Program-made: the position numbers and the translations under genes
The notes under the pieces: generated by a model
Database searches by the model: none
Told to the model about the DNA's origin: nothing
What the model saw: the letters and a program-made list of their open reading frames with translations, nothing else
Source: Candidatus Poribacteria bacterium
GTDB taxonomy: Bacteria; Poribacteria; WGA-4E; GCA-2687025
Direction of reading: 5' to 3'
Length of the DNA stretch: 64,000 bases
Assembly (NCBI GenBank): GCA_963665845.2
Contig: OY762492.1
Span: forward strand, 992,001-1,056,000
Shown: in pieces, positions 30,373-38,921 of the stretch
Layout: each line of letters starts with the position of its first letter
Position numbering within the stretch: position 1 is the stretch's first letter

Positions 30373-32511
30373 TTATCTTAGAAGCGAGGGGCGGGCGGGC
30401 GTTCGGCGCCGGCGCTGTTTTTTCTTCCGCTCCATGCGCGCTCTTCGTTCCAGGTCTGCCGGGGTGAGCTGCTCCTCTTCCTCCTGCTTGCCGAACTTGC
30501 CCACCAAAAATTGCATCCCGACGCCCAGAAGAGTGCTTGCCCCCCAATACAGATTCAGTCCGGAAGCCCAGTTGTAAAACAGGAAAAAGAAGATGAGCGG
30601 CATCAGATACATCATCATCTTCTGCTGTTTTCCGCCCATGGGAGAGGCGGACGGAAGCATGCGCTGTTGAAGCAGGGTGCCGACCGTCATCAAGATCGGC
30701 AACGCGCGAATCGGCAGACCGAAGATGGAAAACATCATATCCGGAGCCGTCAGGTCGTCGATCCAGAGCATAAACGGCTCGCCCCGAAGCTCCGCTGAAT
30801 TTTGCAGCATCGTGAACATGGCAAAAAAGATCGGCATCTGCGGCAGCATCATGAGGCAGCCCCACATCCCGCTCATCGGATTGACGCCGTATTTGCGGAA
30901 CACCTTCATCGTTTCCACCTGCATGCGCTGCGGGTCGGCGCTGTATTTTTGCCGTACCTCATCCACCATCGGTTGAATGATCTTCATATGGCTCTGCGAT
31001 TTTTTCATCGCTTCGCTGCTCTTCTTCGTGAGCGGGTACATCGCCAGCCGTACCAGAATGGTGAGTATGATGATGGCGACGCCGTAGTTTCTGAACAGCA
31101 TATGGAACAGCTTGAGAAGCCAGAGCAGCCCCTTCGCCAGCGGGCCGGTGAAACCGAAGTTGACCAGCTGATTCAGCTGCGCAGGCTCGCCGTCCGCGAG
31201 AACGACATCTTTCAGAAGCTCCGTATGTTTCGGTCCGGCGTAGATGCGGAACCGATCTTTGAGCCGCCGCCCTTCAGGCAGCTGAAAGCCGTCCGCCGAG
31301 AGGCGCGCGCCGGTCAGCAGGCTCTGCGCGTCGCCGTATTCGGCGTAGATGCGTTTCAGGTTCTCTTCCGACTTGCGCCCGTCCCCTTTGCGCGCCGCCT
31401 TTTCAATGTCCGCGTTCATCTGGCGCGTTCCGGTCGGTATCAATAGCAGGTGGGTCGGTTTCTTCTGCCCAAAATGCGCCTCGTCCACAAGCCATTCTTT
31501 TCCGATCTCCATCAACAGCCGATGCCGATCCGGCTCCCGCGGGAAGTCGAGCGGGAAGGCGTCGTATTCGCTAAAGTGAATGTAACGACTCGTTTCGCCG
31601 TCCGCGCCGAGTCCGCCTCCGATCAGCGCGGCGATGAAATACTTGCTGTGTATCGCGCTCCAGATCGTTTCGCGCTGTTCCGCTGCGTCGGCGGGGGAGC
31701 CGTCTTTGTTCTGCGGCCCCGGCTCCGTCAACATATGATCGCGCAGCTCCGTGAACCCGTCCAGCGGTCCGACCCAATGCATCCCCCCGACAATTCCATA
31801 TTCGTTTGTCGGCGGTTCTCTGTCCATGGCGATGCCGGGACCCCAGCGCAGCTCATAGCCGCCGGCGAGTACATCCTCCGGCGCGCCTTTGTTGTGAAAC
31901 TCGACGGAGACGTCAATAGCGTAGCCGCGCCACGCCCCCTCGGAACCAGCCCGCAGCGCGTCTTCGGAAACGCCTGTAAAGCTGAAGGTTTTGACAATTT
32001 CAACCCCGTTCAGCTCCGCCTGAAACGAGACATCCTCGGTATCGCCTTCGCCGCTAAGAACAATCCGATTCCACGCGCCAAGCGGGCGCCATTCAAGCGC
32101 GGCGCCGCCGAACCGCAGCGACCCGTAATCGGGCAGATAAACCGGTATCAGATCGACCGTGGAGCCGTCGATGAGGCGCCCCTTCGGGCTGCGCATCGGG
32201 TACTGTTTCAGCTTGAGCGAGCGGAAGGAGGCGGAGCTGTGCGCAATTTCAGCGGTGAAGGCGGCTGTTTCAACGACCGTCGCGCCGCTGTTTTTTATGT
32301 TATCGCCGCTCTCTTTCAATTCCTCAATGGCGCGGATCTTTGGGGACGGGGGCGTTTGCGTTTCGTCCGCCCCGTTTTCCGGCGCTGCCGCGGTTTCCGT
32401 TTCGCCCGCTTCTCTCTCGGACGGCGGCGGAGGCTCCGGCTGAAAAAAATATACCCACGCGATCAGCAGCCCCGCAGAGATAATGAAAAAAATTACAGTG
32501 TTGCGATCCAT
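30373..32511 (-). CDS. yidC: membrane protein insertase YidC (long periplasmic domain)
   Basis: KYF.AAL, YAGPK, NYGVAIIILTILVR, GC..ML.QMPIF, LWIDDLTAPD, SGLNLYW. Confidence 0.97.
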   Translation of the reverse strand: MDRNTVIFFIISAGLLIAWVYFFQPEPPPPSEREAGETETAAAPENGADETQTPPSPKIRAIEELKESGDNIKNSGATVVETAAFTAEIAHSSASFRSLKLKQYPMRSPKGRLIDGSTVDLIPVYLPDYGSLRFGGAALEWRPLGAWNRIVLSGEGDTEDVSFQAELNGVEIVKTFSFTGVSEDALRAGSEGAWRGYAIDVSVEFHNKGAPEDVLAGGYELRWGPGIAMDREPPTNEYGIVGGMHWVGPLDGFTELRDHMLTEPGPQNKDGSPADAAEQRETIWSAIHSKYFIAALIGGGLGADGETSRYIHFSEYDAFPLDFPREPDRHRLLMEIGKEWLVDEAHFGQKKPTHLLLIPTGTRQMNADIEKAARKGDGRKSEENLKRIYAEYGDAQSLLTGARLSADGFQLPEGRRLKDRFRIYAGPKHTELLKDVVLADGEPAQLNQLVNFGFTGPLAKGLLWLLKLFHMLFRNYGVAIIILTILVRLAMYPLTKKSSEAMKKSQSHMKIIQPMVDEVRQKYSADPQRMQVETMKVFRKYGVNPMSGMWGCLMMLPQMPIFFAMFTMLQNSAELRGEPFMLWIDDLTAPDMMFSIFGLPIRALPILMTVGTLLQQRMLPSASPMGGKQQKMMMYLMPLIFFFLFYNWASGLNLYWGASTLLGVGMQFLVGKFGKQEEEEQLTPADLERRARMERKKKQRRRRTPARPSLLR

Positions 32512-32513
32512 CG

Positions 32514-32726
32514 TTATCGGTTCCTTTTAGATGCGGGAGCTGTCGGAACGGGGTCGTAGCCGCCCTCGTTCCACGGATGGCAGCGGGAAATGCGCTTGAC
32601 GCCCAGAAAAACGCCGCGGACGACCCCATGCGTCAAGACGGCGCGGCGCATATACTCGGAGCAGGTCGGCTGAAAACGGCACATCGGACCCAACAAGGGG
32701 GAAATGAACAGCTGGTACGCTCTCAC
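32514..32726 (-). CDS. yidD: membrane protein insertion efficiency factor YidD
   Basis: [35 protein letters not shown]; GTG start overlapping rnpA stop (GTGA); alternative CTG at 32765. Confidence 0.92.
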   Translation of the reverse strand: MRAYQLFISPLLGPMCRFQPTCSEYMRRAVLTHGVVRGVFLGVKRISRCHPWNEGGYDPVPTAPASKRNR

Positions 32727-33100
32727 GGGACCGACGGCGATCCGCCGCGCGATTCGGCTTGCCAGACCCGCGCCCGTTTCAGGAGGCGTATCAGGTCCCG
32801 CTCCGCCTCCTGCCGCTTCATCTGTAGAAGGGGCTTGCCCGCTACAGCGGCGATGTCCACCCCTGGACGAATCCGCTCCGCGTTGAGACGGAACGACTCG
32901 CGCAGCAGCCTCTTCGCCCGATTTCGTTGAACGGCGCCGCCGAGGCGCTTTGTCGCGGCGATCCCGTACCGCCATGGCGATGCGCTCTCCTCCTTTTGCC
33001 GTTTGTAGATAAAGAGCGTCATGGACGGCAGCCACACCTTCCGCCCATGGTTGTAGACGCGCTGAAACTGCCGCCGTTTTTTCAATCTGTTCGCGGTCAT
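32723..33100 (-). CDS. rnpA: ribonuclease P protein component
   Basis: [17 protein letters not shown]...[18 protein letters not shown] (RNR motif). Confidence 0.95.
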   Translation of the reverse strand: MTANRLKKRRQFQRVYNHGRKVWLPSMTLFIYKRQKEESASPWRYGIAATKRLGGAVQRNRAKRLLRESFRLNAERIRPGVDIAAVAGKPLLQMKRQEAERDLIRLLKRARVWQAESRGGSPSVP

Positions 33101-33115
33101 TTTCAAGCCGTTGGT

Positions 33116-33793
33116 TCAAAACCGCTGAATATCGACAAGCTGTTTCCATTCCGACAGGCTCATCTCTCCGTTTTTGTAGGCGTAAAAAGATTGCATCGTC
33201 GCCGCCGCGCTGAGCCATGGAAGCGATCCGCCGTCCAGCGCCAGCCCGACCACCGCGTCCAGCGCCGCGTTCTCATCCATCCCCGCGGCGATAGCGCAGA
33301 TGAGCAGAAGCTCCCGTAAAGCGCCGCTTTCGTCCAGCGCGGGCGAGGAAAACTCCACGCGCAAAATGTTCGACGCGCGTTGAGAGGATTCGTCCAAGCG
33401 TCCAAGAATCGCTTTCACATCCTGAATCCGTATGCCGTATTTCGACTGGGCGACAGCAGACAGCTGCGCGCCATCGATGGCGTAAGCGGGCGCGATGGGC
33501 GGCGTCGGGTCGGCTTCGGCGGAGCCTGTTTCAACAGCGGCGGGACCGCCTGGTCCGACCAGCTGAACCTGAAACGTCGGACCGCCCTCCAGCTCAATCG
33601 GCGTGTGGAGCGTCTCCTCTTCAGGATGGACGATCTCGCCGATGTTGCGCCCGGTCGCGCGGCGCGTCTCTTCGCCGAGGCGGGTCATATGCCCCGTTTC
33701 GGCGTAATAGTCGGGCGGAGCGGCGCATCCTGCAAGCGCGGCGATCAACAGAATTGGAACGGCGGCTAATTGATAAAGAGATATTTTTTCCAT
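33116..33793 (-). CDS. hypothetical lipoprotein
   Basis: lipobox LAGC after hydrophobic stretch; ATG 33793 overlaps 3' end of HNH gene. Confidence 0.75.
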   Translation of the reverse strand: MEKISLYQLAAVPILLIAALAGCAAPPDYYAETGHMTRLGEETRRATGRNIGEIVHPEEETLHTPIELEGGPTFQVQLVGPGGPAAVETGSAEADPTPPIAPAYAIDGAQLSAVAQSKYGIRIQDVKAILGRLDESSQRASNILRVEFSSPALDESGALRELLLICAIAAGMDENAALDAVVGLALDGGSLPWLSAAATMQSFYAYKNGEMSLSEWKQLVDIQRF

Positions 33794-34290
33794 GATTCGT
33801 GGGCGGCTTTGGAAATGCGCGTCAACTGTATCAGATAAGCGACGGTCGGCGCCTTCGGTTTTTTGAGGCACTGCATGCGCGCTTCGTCGGGCGAGCGGTC
33901 TCCTTTGAGATGGTTGCACCGTTTGCATGCGGCGACCACATTTTCCCAGTTGGTGGCGCCGCCTCTGGAGCGCGGCTTTACATGGTCGAGCGTCAACTCG
34001 GAAGCGGTGAAAACCTTGGCGCAATACTGGCATGTGTGTTGATCCCGAAGCAGTACATTTCGGCGCGAAAACTTGACCGGGCGGTGCGGTATCGGCACAT
34101 ATCTCCGCAGCCGTATCACATGCGGAAGATGGACAACCCATTTTTCCGAGCGGACGATGCGGTTGCCCGCCTCTTCAGCGATGGCGACGCCTTTGACCAG
34201 CATCTTCAACGCCCGTTTCGCTCCGCAAACATGAATCGCCTCATAGCTCGCGTTCAAGACGAGTACGTTTGCGGCAATCCAGTCAGCCAT
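33766..34290 (-). CDS. HNH endonuclease (small McrA-like family)
   Basis: VLVLNASYE, P.VIRL..Y, FSRRNV..RD..TCQYC, LTLDHV.PRSRGG..NWENVVAAC..CN..K. Confidence 0.95.
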   Translation of the reverse strand: MADWIAANVLVLNASYEAIHVCGAKRALKMLVKGVAIAEEAGNRIVRSEKWVVHLPHVIRLRRYVPIPHRPVKFSRRNVLLRDQHTCQYCAKVFTASELTLDHVKPRSRGGATNWENVVAACKRCNHLKGDRSPDEARMQCLKKPKAPTVAYLIQLTRISKAAHESWKKYLFIN

Positions 34291-34329
34291 CTTTTGATCA
34301 TCCCGGGCCGATGTCGCGGTTCACATTAA

Positions 34330-34358
34330 AGCATAGCGCCAAACGCCCTTCCATTCAA
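34330..34358 (-). promoter_or_regulatory. sigma70-type promoter TTGAAT-N17-TATGCT
   Basis: upstream of the HNH-lipoprotein-rnpA gene run. Confidence 0.55.
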
Positions 34359-34368
34359 GTACGCTGTC

Positions 34369-34612
34369 ATGACCTTACGTCTTAGTTGGGACATTCCGCT
34401 TGGCGGACGCGGACGTCGTCTGCGATCCCTAAGATTCCCGCTTACGCGGGAATGATGCCGCCGTGGGACATCCCGGCATGGAAACGCGGATGGTTTCGAG
34501 GTGGACTCTGGATTCCCGCTTACGCGGGAATGACGGCTTGGTTGGCGGCGCCTTTTTCCCATGAATAGAGCGATCGTCGGTTCAAATGTTCCAACTTTAG
34601 GCGTGAGGTCAG
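34369..34612. mobile_element. putative MITE with ~27-bp imperfect TIRs carrying two REP palindromes
   Basis: left ATGACCTTACGTCTTAGTTGGGACAT, right rc CTGACCTCACGCCTAAAGTTGGAACAT; REPs at 34433 and 34511. Confidence 0.72.
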
Positions 34613-34621
34613 AAAATTGTC

Positions 34622-34650
34622 TTGCAACGGCGCGGCGCGTCGGCTATCAT
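34622..34650 (+). promoter_or_regulatory. sigma70-type promoter TTGCAA-N17-TATCAT
   Basis: consensus spacing upstream of 34691 CDS. Confidence 0.55.
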
Positions 34651-34690
34651 GGGAAGCGTCAACCTTACCGAGTCGCTTTGAAGGAGCTGT

Positions 34691-35332
34691 ATGAGTACCC
34701 GACGCATCATCCTGTTGTCTGCCGCGCTGTTGTGCGCGGCCGCCGCTGGCGCCGTTTATGTTGCCGCGCCGAATCTTTTCTCCAAGAATGAGAGCGCCTT
34801 TCCCCCTAGCATTGAAGCGGTTGAAGCCGAGCAGTCGCCCGTCCGCCAAACGACCGAGCCGACCATGCCCGCCCCCGTTTCTCAACCTGAAAAGCCGCCC
34901 CTCTCCTCCGCTTCTGACGCTGTTTCATTGGACGAGTCGGCGTCTATGGAGGCTTCCGCCGCTTCGGTTGAGATGTCCGTTCCGTTGGAGAATACGGCGA
35001 TGGAGTCTTCCGCGTCCGTTTTGGGCGCGCCTGTTGAGTTGAGCGGTTCCGACCGCGCAAGAGGCGTCAAGAGAGCGGAGCGGAAAGCGCGCGCCGCGGC
35101 TGCTCAAAAAGAGGCGGAAAAAATCGACTCCCAGCTTCAAAAAGAGAGCCGCGCCGTTTCGAAAAAAATAGAAAAAGAAAAGAAGCGCGCCGCCAAATCA
35201 ACAGACAGGGCGGTCGAAAAAGCGACTCGAAAAGTGGAATCTGCCGCCAAAAAAGAGGTCATCAAGCAAAGTCCCGACCTCCGCAGAGCCGCGAAAACGG
35301 AACGTCAAATCAAAAGAGCCGAGAAGCAATGA
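34691..35332 (+). CDS. hypothetical protein (N-terminal anchor, S/A/P/E linker, K/A/E-rich helical tail)
   Basis: AAGGAG RBS; ATGA overlap with next gene. Confidence 0.7.
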   Translation: MSTRRIILLSAALLCAAAAGAVYVAAPNLFSKNESAFPPSIEAVEAEQSPVRQTTEPTMPAPVSQPEKPPLSSASDAVSLDESASMEASAASVEMSVPLENTAMESSASVLGAPVELSGSDRARGVKRAERKARAAAAQKEAEKIDSQLQKESRAVSKKIEKEKKRAAKSTDRAVEKATRKVESAAKKEVIKQSPDLRRAAKTERQIKRAEKQ

Positions 35333-36150
35333 AACTCGCTGTCTGCAACGAATTTTTTGAAAACTGGAAGATCGACGAGGTCTTCGCCTTCGCCAAAGAG
35401 GTCGGCTTCGACGCCGTTGAAATCGCCCCTTACACGCTTGCCGACAGCGTTGAGCAGATACCGGCAAGCGAACGGCAACGCATCCGAAAAGCGGCTGACG
35501 ATTGCGGCGTTGAAATCGCCGGGCTGCACTGGCTGTTTGTGAAGCCGGACGGGCTGCATCTCACCCGCCCCGATGAAGCGGCGCGCCAAAAAACGCGCGC
35601 TTACCTGCTGTCGCTGACGCGATTCTGCGCCGACATCGGCGGGAGGCTCATGGTGATCGGATCCCCGCAGCAGCGCAACATCGAAGAGGGCGTTGAGTAT
35701 CGGCAAGGGTTTCAATGGGCGGTTGACGCCTTCAAAGAAGCCGCGGAACTGGCGGGCGAGCTGGATGTCATGCTCTGCTTTGAGCCGCTCAACTCGAACA
35801 TCACGAACTTTATTCTCAATCCTGACGAGGCGCTGGAGCTGATCAAGGCAGTCGATCATCCGAACTTTCAGATGATCGTGGATGTCTGCAGCTCCGCCAT
35901 TGAGCGTCTCGACATTCCCGCCGAGATACGCAAGCATGCCGCGCATATCCGCCACATTCACGCAAACGACGACAACCTGTATGTTCCCGGCTCCGGCGGC
36001 GCGGACTATCCGCCCATCATCCAAGCGCTGAAACAGGTCGGGTATGACGGGTATCTGTCGGTGGAGGTGTTCAAGTTTGAGCCTGACCCGAAAACGATCG
36101 CCCGCGCCAGCGTCCATTTCCTAAACCAAATGCTGAACGAATATGCCTGA
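35329..36150 (+). CDS. sugar phosphate isomerase/epimerase (xylose isomerase-like TIM barrel)
   Basis: GFDAVEIAP, FEPL, D, HIHAND, PGSG, GYDGYLSVEVF. Confidence 0.9.
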   Translation: MKLAVCNEFFENWKIDEVFAFAKEVGFDAVEIAPYTLADSVEQIPASERQRIRKAADDCGVEIAGLHWLFVKPDGLHLTRPDEAARQKTRAYLLSLTRFCADIGGRLMVIGSPQQRNIEEGVEYRQGFQWAVDAFKEAAELAGELDVMLCFEPLNSNITNFILNPDEALELIKAVDHPNFQMIVDVCSSAIERLDIPAEIRKHAAHIRHIHANDDNLYVPGSGGADYPPIIQALKQVGYDGYLSVEVFKFEPDPKTIARASVHFLNQMLNEYA

Positions 36151-36985
36151 AATCCGCCTCATCGAAGAGGAGCTGCGGTTCAAGTTTTACCGCGGCTCCC
36201 AGTTCTGCCTCGCCTACAACAAGGGTTTCCTGCGCTACGGCGACTTCTACCTGTCGCGCCCCAATTTTTATCCGGTCTACTCTCCCAGCGGGCGCCAAGC
36301 GACGACCGCGAGCGCCTACAGGTTCAACCACCATAAGTCGATCTTCATCGGACACGCGAACGTCAACGGGATCAACTTTTTCCATGACAACAACCCGACG
36401 CGCGGCAACCTCGGCGACATTCGGCTTGTTGAGGCGGAAGGAGAAACGGACGGGCGGCGCGCTGTCATCCGCTCGCGCAATGTGTGGACGGCGAAGGGAG
36501 GCGCGGAGATGCTGTCGGAGCGGCGGGACATCGTCTGGACGCCCGACGAGCAGGCGTATGCGCTGGACATCACAAGCGCGCTTGAGTCAAAGGTCGGGGA
36601 GGTTGTTTTTGGCAAGGACACACACTCCTATATCGGCATACGGGTGGCGGACACGATGGATGTAGAGGACGGAGGGCGCGCCGTCAACTCCAACGGCGAA
36701 GAGAACGAAGAAGGCGCCATGAACAAACACGCCGACTGGCTCGATTACAGCGGCGAGGTCGCCGGGAAAACGATCGGGGCGGCGCTCATTCCGCATCCTG
36801 ACAATCCGCCGTCGCCGTTTTTTGTGCGGAACTACGGAACGTTCCTGTCCAACTTCACGCTGCGGGAGCCGTATGTCTTAAAAGAGGGGGAGACGCTGAC
36901 GCAGCGGTTCCGCATCGTCGTTCATGAAGGCGGCGCGGACGATCTGGATCTGGAGGCGTATCGGCGGGAGTTTGCGGCGTCTTAG
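36143..36985 (+). CDS. DUF6807 ('PmoA family')-like protein
   Basis: RPNFYPVYSPSG, HHKSIFIGH..VNG.NF, GIRVA, NSNG, WLDYSG, HPDN...PFFVR.YG. Confidence 0.7.
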   Translation: MPEIRLIEEELRFKFYRGSQFCLAYNKGFLRYGDFYLSRPNFYPVYSPSGRQATTASAYRFNHHKSIFIGHANVNGINFFHDNNPTRGNLGDIRLVEAEGETDGRRAVIRSRNVWTAKGGAEMLSERRDIVWTPDEQAYALDITSALESKVGEVVFGKDTHSYIGIRVADTMDVEDGGRAVNSNGEENEEGAMNKHADWLDYSGEVAGKTIGAALIPHPDNPPSPFFVRNYGTFLSNFTLREPYVLKEGETLTQRFRIVVHEGGADDLDLEAYRREFAAS

Positions 36986-36987
36986 CC

Positions 36988-38727
36988 TTATTCGTTGTAT
37001 TTGATCCGCTTGAGCGTTCCATGCCTGCCGTGTGAGATAGACATCTCCATGCCTTTGAAGTTCGCATAATATAAGCAGCTTGCGTCCAAATAACCTGGCC
37101 AGATGTATTCGTTTTGATCGAATCCAGCGTCCCATCCTTTTCCGATATAGCGCATCTCTGGGTTCTCTTCGGCGAGGTTGATGCGGACGATATGCCGCTC
37201 CTTCGGAATCGCGCGTTCATTCATGCGGCTTGACGGGTCGTTCTTAAGCGTACTGCGGAGGATGGCGAGCTGGCTCGTTGTCAACGTTCTCGAATCGTAC
37301 CTGCCGTTCTCGTTCAAGACAGCGATAGCCGGCTCCTCCTCCATTTCTACCAAAAGAATCGTTTCGTACGGAAATTTGTACGGTAATGCAGTCTCGACCT
37401 TGTTTATGACGGGAGCATGCCGCCGGTCTTCCCGGCGGGCGATTCGGTATGTATGAACGCCCTTCGCCTTCGCGAACAATTTCCATCCGCTCTGCTTCTC
37501 GTCGGGGTTGATGCGCCAGATCCCTTTCGCGTCATGAACATAGAGAAGGCGCGAGTCGTCCGACCATTGCAGACGGGAATAGGGCTGAATATTCGGATGC
37601 CGGCGGATGCCTACCGGCAGGGCGTCCGGCTCGGCGTCATGGATGTCCGCGGTGAAAACGCGGTTGTTGTTCAGATAGGCGATCCGTTTTCCGTCCGGGC
37701 TAAGGCGCGCCATTCGCCCTTCTCCGACAACGCGCGCGGGTTGATCCGACTTCAAGCTGATCAGTTCCACCAGCCGCTTTGGATCGCCGCGCTCCAGAAG
37801 GCCGTAAGTTCCATCAGAAGAAACCTGAAACGCGCGGACATGTTTCCTCGGCAGAAGCAGGCGCCATTCAGGCCAGCCGAGGGCGATGTCGGCGCTCCAG
37901 ACGCCCTCTTTGTCATGAACATAAACCGTACGGAAATACTCTTGGGTGTCGAACGACCAAACAGGCTGCGTTTCCGCATGAACCTCTGGCTGACGCGCCG
38001 CGAGGAAGGAGGGAAGCTGCGCAGGCTTCTTGGGCGGAAGCCATCGGCTAGGCGGCTTCTCGCTTGGGGAGTCGCCGGCGCTTATTTGCGAACGGCGATG
38101 TATACGGAGGCGTACGCCGTCCGGAGGGGCGCGTTTTGCCTTGACGATTATTCGGCGATTGGACCAGCCTGTTTCAAGCGGGTTTTTCTGGACGCTTAGG
38201 TAGCGGCCGTCCGCGGAGATCTGGAGGTCCTTGACGGGCGGCGCGCGGCCGTTTCCGCTCCATGAGGCGCCGTCGATCCGCAGCGGCGTTTCAGGATTCC
38301 AATACGACGGCATGCCTTCCCCCAGGCGCCCCGTCTTATCTATCATATAAATCTGATAGGCGTCCTGGGCGTTTTTGCCGCCGCACGGCTTCTTTACGAT
38401 GAAGGCGATGATGGACGGATCGGGTCCCTCCACAACCTCCAGAATCTCAAAGGTGAGCGACATGGTCGGCGTATGCGGTTTCGATTTTAAGTACAATGCC
38501 TGTATGCTTGCGGTATTGCCGCCGCCGTCGCGCCTTTCCATGATGAACGCGAGCAATCGGGAGTCGGGAGAAGCGGCGATGGCGCGGGCCGCGGCACCTT
38601 CTACATACGCCGCCGGCTCCTGCGCGTTCGACCCGCAACCCGCCAACAGAGCGCCCGTCAGACACGCCGACAGCGTCACGCCCAGCATCCGCATGCGGCT
38701 CCGATTCGGTTGCGTTGGCGCGTTCAT
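36988..38727 (-). CDS. lipoprotein with TolB/PD40-like beta-propeller repeats
   Basis: lipobox LAGC; SPDSRLLAF, SADGRYL, SPDGKRIAY, WSDDSRLLY. Confidence 0.75.
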   Translation of the reverse strand: MNAPTQPNRSRMRMLGVTLSACLTGALLAGCGSNAQEPAAYVEGAAARAIAASPDSRLLAFIMERRDGGGNTASIQALYLKSKPHTPTMSLTFEILEVVEGPDPSIIAFIVKKPCGGKNAQDAYQIYMIDKTGRLGEGMPSYWNPETPLRIDGASWSGNGRAPPVKDLQISADGRYLSVQKNPLETGWSNRRIIVKAKRAPPDGVRLRIHRRSQISAGDSPSEKPPSRWLPPKKPAQLPSFLAARQPEVHAETQPVWSFDTQEYFRTVYVHDKEGVWSADIALGWPEWRLLLPRKHVRAFQVSSDGTYGLLERGDPKRLVELISLKSDQPARVVGEGRMARLSPDGKRIAYLNNNRVFTADIHDAEPDALPVGIRRHPNIQPYSRLQWSDDSRLLYVHDAKGIWRINPDEKQSGWKLFAKAKGVHTYRIARREDRRHAPVINKVETALPYKFPYETILLVEMEEEPAIAVLNENGRYDSRTLTTSQLAILRSTLKNDPSSRMNERAIPKERHIVRINLAEENPEMRYIGKGWDAGFDQNEYIWPGYLDASCLYYANFKGMEMSISHGRHGTLKRIKYNE

Positions 38728-38758
38728 GGCTTATTCCTTCGGGGCGGGCTATACGTTA

Positions 38759-38787
38759 GATTAACAAAACGGGGCGGGGCTTGTCAA
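38759..38787 (-). promoter_or_regulatory. possible promoter TTGACA-N16/17-(G)TTAAT(C)
   Basis: perfect -35 upstream of 38727 start. Confidence 0.45.
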
Positions 38788-38801
38788 GCAGGCGTCAGGT
38801 A

Positions 38802-38921
38802 CTACCCGTTATACCGATCGAGCGGGCCAAGGTTGGCGTCGTCATGGGCGATTCCCCCAGACGACGCCAACATCGCGGCCGCAACAGCTATTCCAGCCCA
38901 AAAGCGCATGCGGCGTTTCAT
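38802..38921 (-). pseudogene. 39-aa signal-peptide-only ORF (gene remnant or small secreted peptide)
   Basis: ATGA-coupled to upstream gene with GGAG RBS; MKRRMRFWAGIAVAAAMLASSGGIAHDDANLGPLDRYNG*. Confidence 0.45.

Noticed and set aside
33766-34612. HNH gene plus adjacent structured repeat as an IscB/omega-RNA-like RNA-guided system
   Set aside because: The protein is only 174 aa with no RuvC or PLMP segments, the repeat belongs to a dispersed family found without HNH elsewhere, and a promoter separates them.
36143-36985. Particulate methane monooxygenase subunit
   Set aside because: Soluble protein resembling the misleadingly named 'PmoA family' (DUF6807); no TM helices and no pmoB/pmoC.
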